From: a virus
Taxonomy: Duplodnaviria; Caudoviricetes
Reading direction: 5' to 3' (one strand)
Length of the DNA: 25,887 nt
IMG/VR virus record: IMGVR_UViG_3300023172_000172
Coordinates: 1-25,887 of that record
Notes under the pieces: generated by a model
What the model was told of the DNA's origin: nothing
What the model saw: only the letters and a program-made list of their open reading frames with translations
Database searches by the model: none
Program-made: the position numbers and the translations under genes
Shown here: positions 25,186 to 25,887 of the stretch, piece by piece
How positions within the stretch are numbered: position 1 is the stretch's first letter
Layout of the letters: every line of letters begins with the position of its first letter

Positions 25186-25887
25186 TTATATCACGCCGTG
25201 CAATTTCATTAAATCATCCATATTTAATGTACCACCCTTCTTCTTTGCCTCTTCATGCAAACTGATTGCGCCTCTAGGCTTTTCTACTCCAAGGTATTCA
25301 TAATCTTCGTCTTTTGCGCCAACAAGGGTTCCTCCATCTCCTCTTTCAAGCTTTTCTTTTGCTTTATCCCGCTCTTCTTTGGAGCTGCTTCCAAATTCTA
25401 ATAATTTTGCAGGATCTTTTCTTATTTTATCAGGAATATTTTCATTATTATCAAATATATTTTTAAACACTCGAGTATAAACAATTAATCGTATTTGATT
25501 GTATGTCAATTCGCAAAACGGCTTGCCATAAAATTGCATACTATCCTCCGCAAAGCTTAAATAAGGACTATAAAAATCTTCTAATATTGTATATTGTATG
25601 CTTTCTTCTGAAAACGAGCTAAAAATATCATTATATCTTAAAACAATTTTTGCAATGTCTTGATTTTCCATTTCATCAAATTTACTTTCTTCAAACAAAG
25701 GATTCAAACACTCTTTATCTTTATAAAAGCTTTTGATCATATAAAAATCATTTAATCTATCTTTTGCATATTTTTCACAAGTGTTTCCAAGTAGCGACAT
25801 TCTTTGTATTTGTTTTTCATTCAACTCTTTTGTTTCCTTATCAATCAAGTCAGACTGTTTATCAATTTCATGCTTGATGATCATTTT
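25186..25887 (-). CDS. Hypothetical protein immediately upstream of the TMP, possibly a tail assembly chaperone (probably 5' truncated)
   Basis: The frame stays open to the window end (AAA precedes ATG 25884). The product is a charged helical protein in the position where G/GT chaperones usually lie. The function is inferred from position only. Confidence 0.6.
   Translation of the reverse strand, partial: KMIIKHEIDKQSDLIDKETKELNEKQIQRMSLLGNTCEKYAKDRLNDFYMIKSFYKDKECLNPLFEESKFDEMENQDIAKIVLRYNDIFSSFSEESIQYTILEDFYSPYLSFAEDSMQFYGKPFCELTYNQIRLIVYTRVFKNIFDNNENIPDKIRKDPAKLLEFGSSSKEERDKAKEKLERGDGGTLVGAKDEDYEYLGVEKPRGAISLHEEAKKKGGTLNMDDLMKLHGVI

Noticed and set aside
1-25887. Stop-codon reassignment (alternative genetic code)
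   Set aside because: Long genes tile the window in code 11, and TAA, TAG and TGA all end genes at sensible boundaries.
1-25887. CRISPR array, tRNA/rRNA, IS element, integrase
   Set aside because: The window is almost fully coding, with no regularly spaced nucleotide repeats, cloverleaf-like gaps or transposase/integrase motifs.
25186-25887. G/GT-type programmed -1 frameshift in the tail chaperone
   Set aside because: Only one continuous ORF is visible and its 5' part probably lies outside the window. No second overlapping frame requires a shift.

Overview
An AT-rich segment of a large tailed dsDNA phage (Caudoviricetes, lambda/T5-like non-contractile tail tip), read with standard genetic code 11. 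Bases 1080-25887 form a tightly coupled minus-strand tail operon. In transcription order it holds: a partial pre-TMP protein (possible tail assembly chaperone), a 2140-aa tape measure protein (TMP), two putative tail-tube-fold proteins, a tandem-duplicated gpM/Dit-like protein, a gpL-like Fe-S tail tip protein, a stand-alone JAB/JAMM protease (gpK-like, no NlpC/P60), a gpI(Ubl)-gpJ fusion, a 2305-aa fibre that continues gpJ, and a small beta-roll plus peptidase S74 chaperone protein. The operon converges on a plus-strand block (a partial ORF and a Rad52/Sak-like annealing protein). The most striking signal is in the TMP: four G[HY][IV]PN[FY] motifs delimit modules, and one module looks like a PD-(D/E)xK nuclease, suggesting a TMP that carries injected effector cargo. 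Other notable points are Trp-rich modules resembling Opitutales (Verrucomicrobiota) surface-protein domains, an FN3 domain apparently split across two genes, a Ubl-J/JAB processing pair, and an RBS-sequestering hairpin with a shared GTGTATA motif. All family assignments come from recognising motifs by eye; no searches were run.
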